Of a stretch of 64,000 nt of DNA, positions 46,105-55,396 are shown piece by piece. Position 1 is the stretch's first letter. Every line of letters starts with the position of its first letter. The DNA is from Pseudobdellovibrionaceae bacterium (GTDB lineage Bacteria; Bdellovibrionota; Bdellovibrionia; Bdellovibrionales; UBA1609). The translations under genes and the position numbers were made by a program. The notes under the pieces are model-generated. The model was not told the origin of the DNA. It made no database searches and was given only the letters and a program-made list of their open reading frames with translations. The stretch lies in assembly GCA_947444305.1 (NCBI GenBank), contig CANEZP010000013.1:65375-129374 (forward strand), read 5' to 3'.

Positions 46105-46980
46105 CTACCTGACCGCTAAGCTCGGGCTGAAGTCCCAGCGAAGGGTCATGACCGTCGAGAAGCTCTCCCTTTTTAAACTTGATTCGAACATGCCCCCGCC
46201 CAGCGCGACCGTGAGCGGGCCGTCTTTATAGCGGAGCATCCCGTACGGAAAGCGCGACCACCCACCAAGTTGATCGTTCTCGGAATAGCGAACGATGCCC
46301 AGCACGCTCCACTTAGGGTTTAAATTCACGCCCGCGATCCCGAAGTAAACGGTTTGGCTATCGCCGTTGCTTTTGATCAGCACGGCCGAGGTGGGATCGA
46401 TGAAATCACCGTCCCCGGGATTTTTCTGCGTCCAACGCTCGCGGCGCCAGCGTCCCTGCACGAACACCGGGCCGGCGCCGAGATTTAGTTCGCCCTCTAT
46501 ATATGTACGATAATACCGGCCCACGCATTCGTACTTGCCGCATTCGTGCGCGCTGTACTCGGTGTCGTTCTGGATGGCTTCACCGCCGGCGCGCACGCCC
46601 GCGATGGCCAGCGGGAACAATTCGACCGCGGCGTCGAGCGAATTGTAGATCACCGCGGAGGAGCCGTACAATTTCAAGCGCGTGTAGGATGAAAACGGAG
46701 AGTTCGCATCGCCACGAAGCAAAACTCCGTAGCCCGCTTCGCCTTCAGCGACGCCCGAAAGCGGGTACGAACGAAAAATTCCTCCGCCGTACGCATCGAA
46801 ACCGGCAAAAACTTTTTGCGGAGCGATGATCGCGCACGAAAAAATCAGCGCGAAAAAGACAATTGTCGGTCGCACCTTCCGCAAATGGTCACGAGCAACA
46901 CCCACGCGGAATTTTCTTCGCAAAGCGTACACAAGTTCGTCAGCGACAATTCTAAGTTCGTTTTTTTTGTTCACGGCCAC
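46105..46980 (-). CDS. Hypothetical beta-rich envelope protein (possible small OM barrel)
   Basis: 291 aa. Hydrophobic segment TIVFFALIFSCAIIAPQKVFA after a charged N-terminal extension, so the true start is uncertain. The remainder is alternating beta-like sequence. Confidence 0.45.
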   Translation of the reverse strand: MAVNKKNELRIVADELVYALRRKFRVGVARDHLRKVRPTIVFFALIFSCAIIAPQKVFAGFDAYGGGIFRSYPLSGVAEGEAGYGVLLRGDANSPFSSYTRLKLYGSSAVIYNSLDAAVELFPLAIAGVRAGGEAIQNDTEYSAHECGKYECVGRYYRTYIEGELNLGAGPVFVQGRWRRERWTQKNPGDGDFIDPTSAVLIKSNGDSQTVYFGIAGVNLNPKWSVLGIVRYSENDQLGGWSRFPYGMLRYKDGPLTVALGGGMFESSLKRESFSTVMTLRWDFSPSLAVR

Positions 46981-47181
46981 ATTGAACTTCAGCCGGTGAA
47001 TTTTTTCAAACTAATAGACGTAATTCGTCACGCTGAAATTGTAACAAAAACTTTTGAAAGTCTCGCTGGTCCCGAAAACGGGAACATCGCTTGCTCTAGT
47101 GATCGAGCGAAGCATGACGCTTCACGAATGAACCAACCCATAACCGCGAAGTCCAGGATGGACTTTTCGGCCCTCCTGCCG

Positions 47182-47220
47182 CGCTCGCCTTCTTGTGAAA
47201 GGGAAGGCGGGCGTTTCTTT
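47182..47220 (+). terminator. Orphan intrinsic-terminator-like hairpin 1
   Basis: cgctcgccttc / gaaggcgggcg (11-bp stem with one G-T pair) followed by tttcttt. There is no + strand CDS upstream. Confidence 0.4.
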
Positions 47221-47292
47221 AAAACGGGCTGACCCATGGTCGCTCATCAAACAAAAACCACCTAACTTTCATCTGCGACTCACCCGGATCCC

Positions 47293-47325
47293 AAAGGGAA
47301 CCCCGGGGAGGCAGTTCCCTTTTTA
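47293..47325 (+). terminator. Orphan intrinsic-terminator-like hairpin 2
   Basis: aaagggaac / gttcccttt (9-bp stem, 12-nt loop) running into ttttt. There is no + strand CDS upstream. Confidence 0.45.
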
Positions 47326-47471
47326 TGAGAGCCGAGAATCGTCACCGCTTTTCCCTTTATTTCACGACGATGGGCACTCGCGGACCTGGTTACGGAGACT
47401 TAGCGCCGGTCCCCACATTGCTTTTAGATCGAAACGTAATTGAAGAAATTGAACGCATAAGGAGTTGTGTC

Positions 47472-48206
47472 ATGATGTTGGAATTCGGAGCTTGCCCTCA
47501 GTGCAAGCTGGATCTTTCTGCCGAGAGAAAAAATATTAAGCCGTTGGTGTGCAATCACTGCGGTTTCACTTCGTCGAACGATGAGCTCGTGACGAAACAA
47601 TACGAAAAGCAAATCATCTTTGCGTTTAGCGGATTAGCGATCTTCGTTGTCGCCGCGTTCATCCAGTTGATGAATTGGGATCAACACTCGCTAGGCATTT
47701 TGCCGATCACGTTGAAAGAAACGATCGGCATGGCTTCACCTTCGGATTACGAAGCGAAGGCCGCGATGTGCATGGATCTTAAAAAATGGGATTGCGTTGA
47801 AGCTTCGTACATCGAAACCGCGAAGAAAGACGTTCAGCTTTCGAAGCGCACCGGCGACTTCCAGATGAAACGTTCGAAGTTCGCGGAAGCCGCGCGTAGC
47901 TACTATCCTTTGTTCCAGTCGGGTGTCGCTCAAGATATCGAAGTGAGCTACAGCTATGCTAAAGCCTTGGCCGCAACCGGACAGGTCGACGAAGCCGTTT
48001 CGTACTTCGACGCGATCCTAGCCGCACGTCCCGAGACTTTGCAAATCACGGTAGTAAACAATTACGTGAAGCTCCTTATGGAACACCAACGTTTTGACCA
48101 AGCAAAAGTTTTGATCTCGAAGATCCGCAAGAACAGCGGTCCTGCCGGCGAGTCGTTCATGGACGACGAGTTGAAAAAGATCAAAGAGCTCGCGAGTCGC
48201 GACTAG
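47472..48206 (+). CDS. Zinc-ribbon membrane protein with TPR-like C-terminal region
   Basis: Start moved to the ATG at 47472, preceded by AAGGAG. CPQC...CNHC zinc ribbon, one TM (IIFAFSGLAIFVVAAFIQLM), then helical-repeat-like sequence. Confidence 0.6.
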   Translation: MMLEFGACPQCKLDLSAERKNIKPLVCNHCGFTSSNDELVTKQYEKQIIFAFSGLAIFVVAAFIQLMNWDQHSLGILPITLKETIGMASPSDYEAKAAMCMDLKKWDCVEASYIETAKKDVQLSKRTGDFQMKRSKFAEAARSYYPLFQSGVAQDIEVSYSYAKALAATGQVDEAVSYFDAILAARPETLQITVVNNYVKLLMEHQRFDQAKVLISKIRKNSGPAGESFMDDELKKIKELASRD

Positions 48207-48261
48207 ATAAAAAATCACTTTGTGTTACTCTGATGTGGATTACAGCATCGGAGTAACACAA

Positions 48262-49413
48262 ATGACTCAGGCCCCGAAGCCCTCACCGTACAAAGATAAA
48301 ACGATCAATTGGACCGGCCTTCTCTTTCTCACTCTGTCACCGATTGCCGCCGTCGTCCTCACCGCACTTCACATCTACCTCGACGGTTTTCAGTGGTCCA
48401 TCTGGGGGCTGGCGATCGTGTTCTACGTTCTCACCGTGGGCAGCATCACGGGCGGGTATCACCGTTACTTCTCTCATCGCACTTACGAAGCACGGCCCTG
48501 GCTCAAATGGTTTTGGGCTTTGTTCGGCGCGGCCGCTTTTCAGAATTCAATTTGGGTATGGGCGCGTGATCACCGCGTGCATCACCGCTTCGTCGATACC
48601 GATCAAGATCCGTACTCGATCAACAAAGGATTTTTGTGGGCGCACTTCGGTTGGATGCTCATTAACGATCCTTCAACCGCCGACTTGAAACCTTACGGCC
48701 GCGATCTCGAAAAAGATAAGATCGTGATGTTCCAAGATAAGCATTACGTCTCGCTTGCGATACTGATGGGCTTTGTTCTGCCCGCGGTACTCGGATATTT
48801 TTGCGGCTCGTTGCTCGGTGGCTTGGCCGTCGCGGGTTTTTTGCGCATCGTCGTCGTTCACCACATGACGTTCTTTATCAATTCGTGGTGCCACTACTTC
48901 GGCAAGCAAGGCTACACCGACACGAACACCGCGCGTGATTCTTTCTTGATGGCGGTCGCCACGTTCGGCGAAGGCTATCATAACTTTCACCACATCTTCG
49001 CCAGCGATTACCGCAACGGCGTTCGCTGGTATCATTGGGATCCGACCAAGTGGATGATCCAAGGTTTTCGTTTACTCGGCGGCGCCCATTCCCTACGCCG
49101 CACGCCTTGGTCCGAGATCATGCGCATGCAGCTGGCCATGGACGAGAAGCGTTTAAAAAATCGTTTGAACAACCAATGGCAAGGTCAGTTTCAAGTTCAG
49201 CTCGACAATCTCAAAGGCCGGGTCGAGAGCGCACACGCCCGCTTTGAACAACTGCGCGAAGAGTATCGCAAATTGGCTTCGTCCTACGCGACGATCTCGC
49301 TCGATAAGCTGAAGGAATTAAAATTCCAGATCCGCATGGCGCAGATTGAATTCCGCGCGGCCTTGAAGCAATGGCGTGCATTCAATTCGTTCCTGCTTGA
49401 AACCGCGAACTAA
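48262..49413 (+). CDS. Acyl-CoA (delta-9 type) fatty-acid desaturase
   Basis: Three His boxes (HRYFSH, HRVHHRF, EGYHNFHHIF) and four TM segments. Start moved to the ATG at 48262. It has a C-terminal coiled-coil-like extension. Confidence 0.9.
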   Translation: MTQAPKPSPYKDKTINWTGLLFLTLSPIAAVVLTALHIYLDGFQWSIWGLAIVFYVLTVGSITGGYHRYFSHRTYEARPWLKWFWALFGAAAFQNSIWVWARDHRVHHRFVDTDQDPYSINKGFLWAHFGWMLINDPSTADLKPYGRDLEKDKIVMFQDKHYVSLAILMGFVLPAVLGYFCGSLLGGLAVAGFLRIVVVHHMTFFINSWCHYFGKQGYTDTNTARDSFLMAVATFGEGYHNFHHIFASDYRNGVRWYHWDPTKWMIQGFRLLGGAHSLRRTPWSEIMRMQLAMDEKRLKNRLNNQWQGQFQVQLDNLKGRVESAHARFEQLREEYRKLASSYATISLDKLKELKFQIRMAQIEFRAALKQWRAFNSFLLETAN

Positions 49414-50639
49414 TCTAAATTCTTTTTCTGCAAATAGTGAAGGTAGCCCGCCAAAGCCTTAGAGCGAGTCTCTAAGGTGGGTATGCGTACGTATTCATGG
49501 TGCGTATGCATCTCGCCGCCCACGGGGCCCAATCCGTCTAAAACGAAATTACCCGGCCGCGAGAGGTAATTCACGTCACCCGCCCCGCCCGCGGGCTCCG
49601 ATTTCACTTTTCGATTTTCGAGCCGGCCGACCAACGAAGCGTACTGCGCGGCCATGCGCCGTGACGGCTTGGTTAGCGAAAACGGCGGGCAATCGTCGAC
49701 GACTTGGTAGGTCGTCTCGGTACGAAACTTCCCGCTGACCGAGACCTCCAGGGGCCGCGCCAAGATCTTTTCGATCTTGCGATGAAGTTTATCGCGCGCT
49801 TCCATCGACGGAAAACGCGTATCGAGTTTAATCTTCGCGGAACCGCAAATGATGTTGTGCCGGTTCTTGCCGCCTTCGATATGGCCGACGTTCACGCTTA
49901 ATTCTTTTTTGTAGTTCGTAAGCTTGGCCAGCTTCACGATCTTGCGTGCGGCATCGTGGGCGGCGTTGGCGTGCTCGCCGTAGCTTCGGCCCGCGTGCGC
50001 CTCACGGCCTTTGATTTCAACGTCGTACCAGCGATTGCCACGGCGTTGGTGGATAATCGAGCCGTTGTCGAGCGCGGGCTCAAGACCGAACGCTACGGAA
50101 GTGTCGGCGCCGAGTTCACGAAAAATTTCGTTGAAGCCGACGGAGCCGATCTCTTCGTTAGGCGAACAGATAAATCGCAATGAATATTCGGTCTTCGGAA
50201 AGCTTTTAAGAAAACGCGAAAGACCGCTGAGACCGACGATCAAACCGCCTTTGTTGTCGATAACGCCCGACCCGAAAGCTTTTTCCTCGGCGAGCTCGAT
50301 CTTGAATTCGCGGTAATTCGCCAAAACGGTATCGCTATGGGTGATCAAGGAAATGAACTTCTTAGTGCGGCCGGGCCGCTCGGCCACCAGCAGTTTGCCG
50401 AAGCGGTCTTCGCCCTGGATCAGCTCGATCTTGAAACCGAGATCATCGAGAAACGCGGCCACGTGATCTTGCATTGCCGTGACGCCGGCTTTGTTCATCG
50501 TCGCCGAATCGATCGCCGAATACTCTTTGAGCAGCTTGATTTCCGACAACGGAAATTCGGCCGTGAGAAACGACAAATCCTGATCGCGCAGTTCGGTGCC
50601 CAGGATTTTTTCGATCTTGAGGATTCGGTTAAGAGCCAT
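49410..50639 (-). CDS. M20-family metallopeptidase (carboxypeptidase G2 / ArgE-DapE-like)
   Basis: LITHSDTV, DNKGG, NEEIGS and HAG blocks. Start moved to the ATG at 50639. Confidence 0.8.
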   Translation of the reverse strand: MALNRILKIEKILGTELRDQDLSFLTAEFPLSEIKLLKEYSAIDSATMNKAGVTAMQDHVAAFLDDLGFKIELIQGEDRFGKLLVAERPGRTKKFISLITHSDTVLANYREFKIELAEEKAFGSGVIDNKGGLIVGLSGLSRFLKSFPKTEYSLRFICSPNEEIGSVGFNEIFRELGADTSVAFGLEPALDNGSIIHQRRGNRWYDVEIKGREAHAGRSYGEHANAAHDAARKIVKLAKLTNYKKELSVNVGHIEGGKNRHNIICGSAKIKLDTRFPSMEARDKLHRKIEKILARPLEVSVSGKFRTETTYQVVDDCPPFSLTKPSRRMAAQYASLVGRLENRKVKSEPAGGAGDVNYLSRPGNFVLDGLGPVGGEMHTHHEYVRIPTLETRSKALAGYLHYLQKKNLD

Positions 50640-50774
50640 GGCGGTAATTCTTGATCTTTTGACCTCCGCGAGCAACTTGTTTCAGTGCCAAAATGAGTTT
50701 GGACAACCTTATTTTAGCCGCATTTTACCGGCAGCCTTGATGATCCTCACCGTGTCTGGTTAAAGTCATAAGCT

Positions 50775-51482
50775 ATGTTCAATTATTTTTTAGTCGCGTT
50801 CCCGGCCATTTTCACGATCGTTAATCCGCTCGGCGCCGTCGGCCCCTTCTTAGCCATGACGGCGGGTGACTCTATCGAGAAGCGCCAGTCGACGGCCTAC
50901 CGCGCCTGCGTGCTGGCCACGATTGTTCTCGCGGTGTGCGCGGCTATCGGCGGGATCCTCTTTCAGTTTCTGGGCATAACGCTCCCCGCTTTGAAGATCG
51001 CCGGCGGGATTCTTTTGTTCATGGTCGCGGTCGACATGTTGAACGCGCGTGAGTCCGGCAGCCGCGCCACCGATGAAGAGCGTCAAGAGGGCGCGATGAA
51101 AGACGACATCGCCATTTTCCCGCTCGGCATTCCCCTGCTCAGCGGTCCCGGCTCCATGATCTCGGTTTTCATTCTGATGGAAAAAGCGAAGCCCGGGATG
51201 GACCAAGCGCTCATCTTCGTTTCGATCGGCGCGACGATGCTCGTCTCGTTTATCTTGTTGAGGCAGGCTTCACGCTTCGCTCGGCTGTTCGGCGCTACGG
51301 GCATCAACGTCATGTCACGGATGATGGGTCTAGTGTTGGCGGCAATCGCCGTGCAATTCATTTTGACCGGGCTGACGGATGCCATGCCCGGCCTCAAAGG
51401 ATCGATCAAAACCTCAATGGGGCTTCGTTCGCTCGATACTCACGTTTGTACCGCCGTCGGCGGGAATCATCATCGTATCTAA
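50775..51482 (+). CDS. MarC-family (UPF0056) integral membrane protein
   Basis: N-terminal FPAIFTIVNPLGAVGPF motif and six hydrophobic segments. The 3' end overlaps the convergent SPFH gene by 69 nt. Confidence 0.8.
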   Translation: MFNYFLVAFPAIFTIVNPLGAVGPFLAMTAGDSIEKRQSTAYRACVLATIVLAVCAAIGGILFQFLGITLPALKIAGGILLFMVAVDMLNARESGSRATDEERQEGAMKDDIAIFPLGIPLLSGPGSMISVFILMEKAKPGMDQALIFVSIGATMLVSFILLRQASRFARLFGATGINVMSRMMGLVLAAIAVQFILTGLTDAMPGLKGSIKTSMGLRSLDTHVCTAVGGNHHRI

Positions 51483-52328
51483 GGCCCGGACTTCACCTTT
51501 ACCGAATCCCACGAACGAGATCACTCGCCCCGGGGGCAACAGCGATAAATGGTGCAACTCTTGGAAACCGGTAAGCACGCCTTCTTTCTTGTCCATGGTG
51601 GCGTAAGCGCGCGACACGGCGAGCGGGTGCACCGACTTCGCCTGCGCTTGGAGTTTGGATACGCGCACTTCGGTTTCCGCTTCGAGCGTCTGCACGTCGA
51701 TACGGCCTTGTTCCTCGATCCGCGCTTTCTTCATTTCGATCTGCGCGGCGACGCGATTGAAAAGCTGGCGGGAAATTTCGGAAAGCACTCGCACATCTTG
51801 GATGTACAAAGACTCGACCGATATCCCCCATTGCGATGAATCTTCGCGGATCTCTTGCAGCACGGCAAGCGCAACGCTTTCACGATCGGCGAGCAAATTT
51901 TCAAGTCTGACTTTGCCGGCTTGATTCATCATCGCGTGCGGCACGAGCTGGGTCATGGCTTCGTGCCAGTCCTCAACCGCGAAAACGCTTTTGTGCGCGT
52001 CGGTCACTTTGAAATCCATCCACACGTCTAAACGTAGCGTGGTTCCGGCGGCGTCGTTGACGTGCACGTCCCGGATCAATTGGTGGTCCAGACGTCGGGT
52101 CACGCGGATGACTCGGTAACCGGGAATCCACAAGGCGGGTCGGAAATGGTAGCCGGGTTCATTCAGCTGCTCGATGCAGCGCCCGAACGCTAAGAGCAGC
52201 GCCGATTCTTCGGGCTCGAGGATGACCGAAGCCCGGCGAATAACGAAATAGGTCACCAACAAGAACGCGATCGTCCCGCCGAAGGCACCGATAAAAATAT
52301 ACTGGTTGAAATCTTCCATGTGCGTCAC
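51414..52328 (-). CDS. SPFH/band-7 (stomatin/prohibitin-like) membrane protein 2
   Basis: 304 aa. N-terminal TM, SPFH-like core (LLLAFGRCIEQLNEPGYHFRP...RLDVWMDFKVTD), coiled-coil tail. Confidence 0.8.
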   Translation of the reverse strand: MTHMEDFNQYIFIGAFGGTIAFLLVTYFVIRRASVILEPEESALLLAFGRCIEQLNEPGYHFRPALWIPGYRVIRVTRRLDHQLIRDVHVNDAAGTTLRLDVWMDFKVTDAHKSVFAVEDWHEAMTQLVPHAMMNQAGKVRLENLLADRESVALAVLQEIREDSSQWGISVESLYIQDVRVLSEISRQLFNRVAAQIEMKKARIEEQGRIDVQTLEAETEVRVSKLQAQAKSVHPLAVSRAYATMDKKEGVLTGFQELHHLSLLPPGRVISFVGFGKGEVRALDTMMIPADGGTNVSIERTKPH

Positions 52329-53177
52329 CTAAGCCTTGAAGTAGAGAGTTTTCGAATTCGAGGTCACTTCGTCACGACGACGCTGAAGGTAGGCTTCCAA
52401 AACACCGTTGTCCTGCATCTCAGAAACCGCGCGGCCTAAAATGTCGATTTCGGTTTCGACCGCTTCGCCCTTTAGAGTCGCGATTTGCACCGCGTGTTCG
52501 GCCGCCGCGATCCGCTGTTCACAATCGGCACGAAAACGATTGAGCAAAGTTGTGTTTTCGGCCTCGATTTTTTGCACCGAGTTCAAAGCCTGCGCGAGAT
52601 CCGCGGGCGGTAAGATCTCGGTGATTTCGGCGGCTTTGAAAAGTACGCCGTACTTTTGATCGAGTCCGCTTTGCACGAATTTCGCTTTGAGCTGCGAATG
52701 AAGTTCGGATTGATTACGGCGAATCTCGGCGTAAGAACCCTCTTCGGAATCCGGCTGACCAAATTTCGAAACTTGCGTACTCAAAAGACTGCGGAACAGT
52801 TCGCGAATATGGGAAGTCGGATGCCGCATGCCGAAAATGAACGCCGGAAATAACTCTTTACGAAATTGGAAGCGGATCTGCGGATTCATTCGCAACAAGG
52901 TTCCGTCGCGCGTGAGGATCTCAACTTCCCGCTTTTCCTCGCGGATGGAAAGGCTGCGTTCCATGATGGAGAATTGATGGACCTTTTCCCAAGGTTTTTT
53001 GGAGTTAAGCCCGGGGCCCGTTACCTCGAGCTTACCTTGCGAATCGATTCGCGGCCGGCCGAAACTGGTGACGGCGGCGGCGTGGCCCTCTTCGACCCGG
53101 TAAACCGATTTTAGAAACAAGACGATGAGGGCCACGCCGATCGCGGCCGACACCCCTAAAATGATTTCCATAAACAA
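52329..53177 (-). CDS. SPFH/band-7 membrane protein 1
   Basis: 282 aa. N-terminal TM, SPFH-like core (VEEGHAAAVTSFGRP...GPGLNSKKPWEKV...ILTRDGTLLRMNPQIRFQ), coiled-coil tail. Confidence 0.8.
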   Translation of the reverse strand: MFMEIILGVSAAIGVALIVLFLKSVYRVEEGHAAAVTSFGRPRIDSQGKLEVTGPGLNSKKPWEKVHQFSIMERSLSIREEKREVEILTRDGTLLRMNPQIRFQFRKELFPAFIFGMRHPTSHIRELFRSLLSTQVSKFGQPDSEEGSYAEIRRNQSELHSQLKAKFVQSGLDQKYGVLFKAAEITEILPPADLAQALNSVQKIEAENTTLLNRFRADCEQRIAAAEHAVQIATLKGEAVETEIDILGRAVSEMQDNGVLEAYLQRRRDEVTSNSKTLYFKA

Positions 53178-53190
53178 CGACCCCTTTTGG

Positions 53191-55272
53191 TTAAAACTTT
53201 AAAACTTCTAATCGTGGTTTCGGAATGTAAGTCCCGTCACCTTTGTACGCCGAGGCTAGTCCTAAATTCACGCCGACGACGTCTTCGTTAAAATGGTGAT
53301 GATGCGCTTCGGCCGGCGGCAACGCCTGAGCTTTTTCTTGGCTATCGACCAGCGAACCCGGCGGCACGAACTTGCCGTCGGGGATTTCGACACCTACGAC
53401 GATCGCGCCGATACCTACCGAGCAATGCGAACCGATAACCGCGTTGTGCACGACCGCTTTGAAACCTACGAACGTGTCGTCACCGATGAAGCACGGCCCG
53501 TGAATCAGCGCTTGATGCGCGAGCGAAACCCGCTCCCCAACGTAGATGGCCCACTTCTTCTCACCAACTTGCACCCACTGAGATTTCAGCGCGTGTAAGA
53601 CCACACCGTCTTGAATGTTGGTGTCGGAGCCGACGAAGAACGGCGTGCCTTCGTCGGCACGGAGCGCGGCTTCGCTCGCCACGTGAACGCGCGGCCCGAG
53701 CACGACGTGCCCGATTACCGAAGCGTTCGGGTGCACGAAGGCCGTGGGGTGCACGATCGGATCACTTTCGACGTGCGTTTGCCAATCTTCCTCGGGGGCC
53801 GCGAACATCGCCGGCGTTGGTTTTTGGAAATGATCGATGCGGCTGGCCGGTAGATGCGCGCGGATCCCGGGCGCTAACGCCGCGCCGGTTTTGCTCGCTT
53901 GACGGGCTTGGCGTTGCAACGAAACTCGCTTCTTCCACCAAATATCCAAGGCGGAAATCACGCCCGCCGCGATCAATCCTAAGCTCAAGTGACCGCTGAC
54001 CACGCCGGCCGCCGCCAGCACGAAAGCCAGAAACTGCACGCGGTTTTCCAGCAACAAATGTTTCATCGTTTCGAAATCGATGAGGCGAAAACCGATCAAG
54101 CACAACAGCCCGGCCAACGCCGCGACCGGAATCGAGCCGATCCAAACCGCCGCGAACAATGGTGCGACCAACAAAATGGTCGCGTGAGTGAGCGACGAGA
54201 GCCGCGAGCGGCCACCCGATTGAACGTTCACGCTCGACCGCACGATTACGCCCGAGACCGTCAGGCCCCCGAAAAAACCCGCGCCGAGGTTCGCAAGCCC
54301 CTGCCCAAGTGTTTCGAGGTTGGGCGCGTGTGGCTTTTCATTCGGCATCATCCGATCGACCGCTTGCGCGGACAAAAGCGATTCGGCCGTAGCTAAAATT
54401 GCGAGCGGAATGCACGCCACAAACAGATTCAACCACTGCATCAACGAAAGTTCGGGGAGCGAAAACACGGGTAAAGTGGCGGGTACCGCGCCGACGCGAT
54501 GTACATCCCAGTTCAGGTAGGTGGAGATTGCGGTGGCTAAAGTTAAGCCGACGATCGCGGCGGGAAACTTTTTGTAGCGCGCAAGCCCCAACATAAAGAG
54601 AATGACGAATAAACCCGCGAGCACCGCGAACCAATTCACGTCGCTCAACCAAACCGGCGCCGCGAGACTAAAAAACAATTCACTGACCTGGTGATCAACG
54701 TCCAAAAGCATGGGGATTTGCTGATCGAGCAGTTTCAAACCCACGCCGGTGACGAAGCCCCCGAGAACCGATTCGGGTACGAAGCGCGCCAAAGAGCCCG
54801 CGCGCGCGGCAAAGAAAATAAGTTGAAACACGCCCACCGCGATGGCGCCGGCGGCGGCCCCCGCCATGCCGAATTTGCTCACCAACGCGAATACTAAAAT
54901 ATTGAGCGCGGCCGCGGGACCCGTAACCTGCAAAGGTGCGCCGCCAAAAATCGCCGCGATCGCGCCGCCGACGGCACCCGCGATCAAACCCGCCGAAGCC
55001 GGCAATCCGCAAGCCACCGCGAGCGCAACGTTTAGAGGTAATGCCACCGCGGCAACCGTCAAACCGGCGACGACGTCTGAGCCCAGGCGTGCGTTACTGA
55101 AAGTGTCGCGCCAGCTGTCGCTCCAAATTTCAAAATCTTGTGCGTATTGCCCGATCACGCCTTTTTTAGCCGGTGTTCGCCGCAGATCGCGCCGGCTATA
55201 GCTGTTCCGAAGAATCTCGCGGTCTTGTAAATAGGATCTATTTTCTTCCGGGCGCAGCAGCTCGTTCATCAA
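53191..55272 (-). CDS. SulP-family anion transporter fused to a C-terminal gamma-class carbonic anhydrase (Cam/CcmM-like) domain
   Basis: 693 aa. SulP N-terminus and about 10-12 TM segments (VAGLTVAAVALPLNVALAVACGLP...). After a ~60-aa linker there is a left-handed-beta-helix domain, LRADEGTPFFVGSDTNIQDGVVLHAL...VSLAHQALIHGP, carrying the three Cam zinc histidines. No STAS-sized segment is present. Confidence 0.85.
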   Translation of the reverse strand: MMNELLRPEENRSYLQDREILRNSYSRRDLRRTPAKKGVIGQYAQDFEIWSDSWRDTFSNARLGSDVVAGLTVAAVALPLNVALAVACGLPASAGLIAGAVGGAIAAIFGGAPLQVTGPAAALNILVFALVSKFGMAGAAAGAIAVGVFQLIFFAARAGSLARFVPESVLGGFVTGVGLKLLDQQIPMLLDVDHQVSELFFSLAAPVWLSDVNWFAVLAGLFVILFMLGLARYKKFPAAIVGLTLATAISTYLNWDVHRVGAVPATLPVFSLPELSLMQWLNLFVACIPLAILATAESLLSAQAVDRMMPNEKPHAPNLETLGQGLANLGAGFFGGLTVSGVIVRSSVNVQSGGRSRLSSLTHATILLVAPLFAAVWIGSIPVAALAGLLCLIGFRLIDFETMKHLLLENRVQFLAFVLAAAGVVSGHLSLGLIAAGVISALDIWWKKRVSLQRQARQASKTGAALAPGIRAHLPASRIDHFQKPTPAMFAAPEEDWQTHVESDPIVHPTAFVHPNASVIGHVVLGPRVHVASEAALRADEGTPFFVGSDTNIQDGVVLHALKSQWVQVGEKKWAIYVGERVSLAHQALIHGPCFIGDDTFVGFKAVVHNAVIGSHCSVGIGAIVVGVEIPDGKFVPPGSLVDSQEKAQALPPAEAHHHHFNEDVVGVNLGLASAYKGDGTYIPKPRLEVLKF

Positions 55273-55396
55273 TCACCCTTTACCGAAATGTTCTTGAATA
55301 GAAGATCAGCGAAAGGATACCCCGCCGCGCGCCGCGGGGACAAACATTACAAATATTGATAAATACGTTCGATTGGTTCGTTTTTCTAAAACTAAA

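Noticed and set aside
47325-47471. N-terminal extensions offered by the ORF track for many genes (47325, 6976, 20509, 25363, 28240, 45049, 48220, 50675, 56976, 59124, 59228, 8379)
   Set aside because: In each case an internal ATG has a better Shine-Dalgarno sequence. It may also begin exactly at a signal peptide or a conserved family N-terminus, or it may remove an implausible overlap with a neighbouring gene or terminator hairpin.
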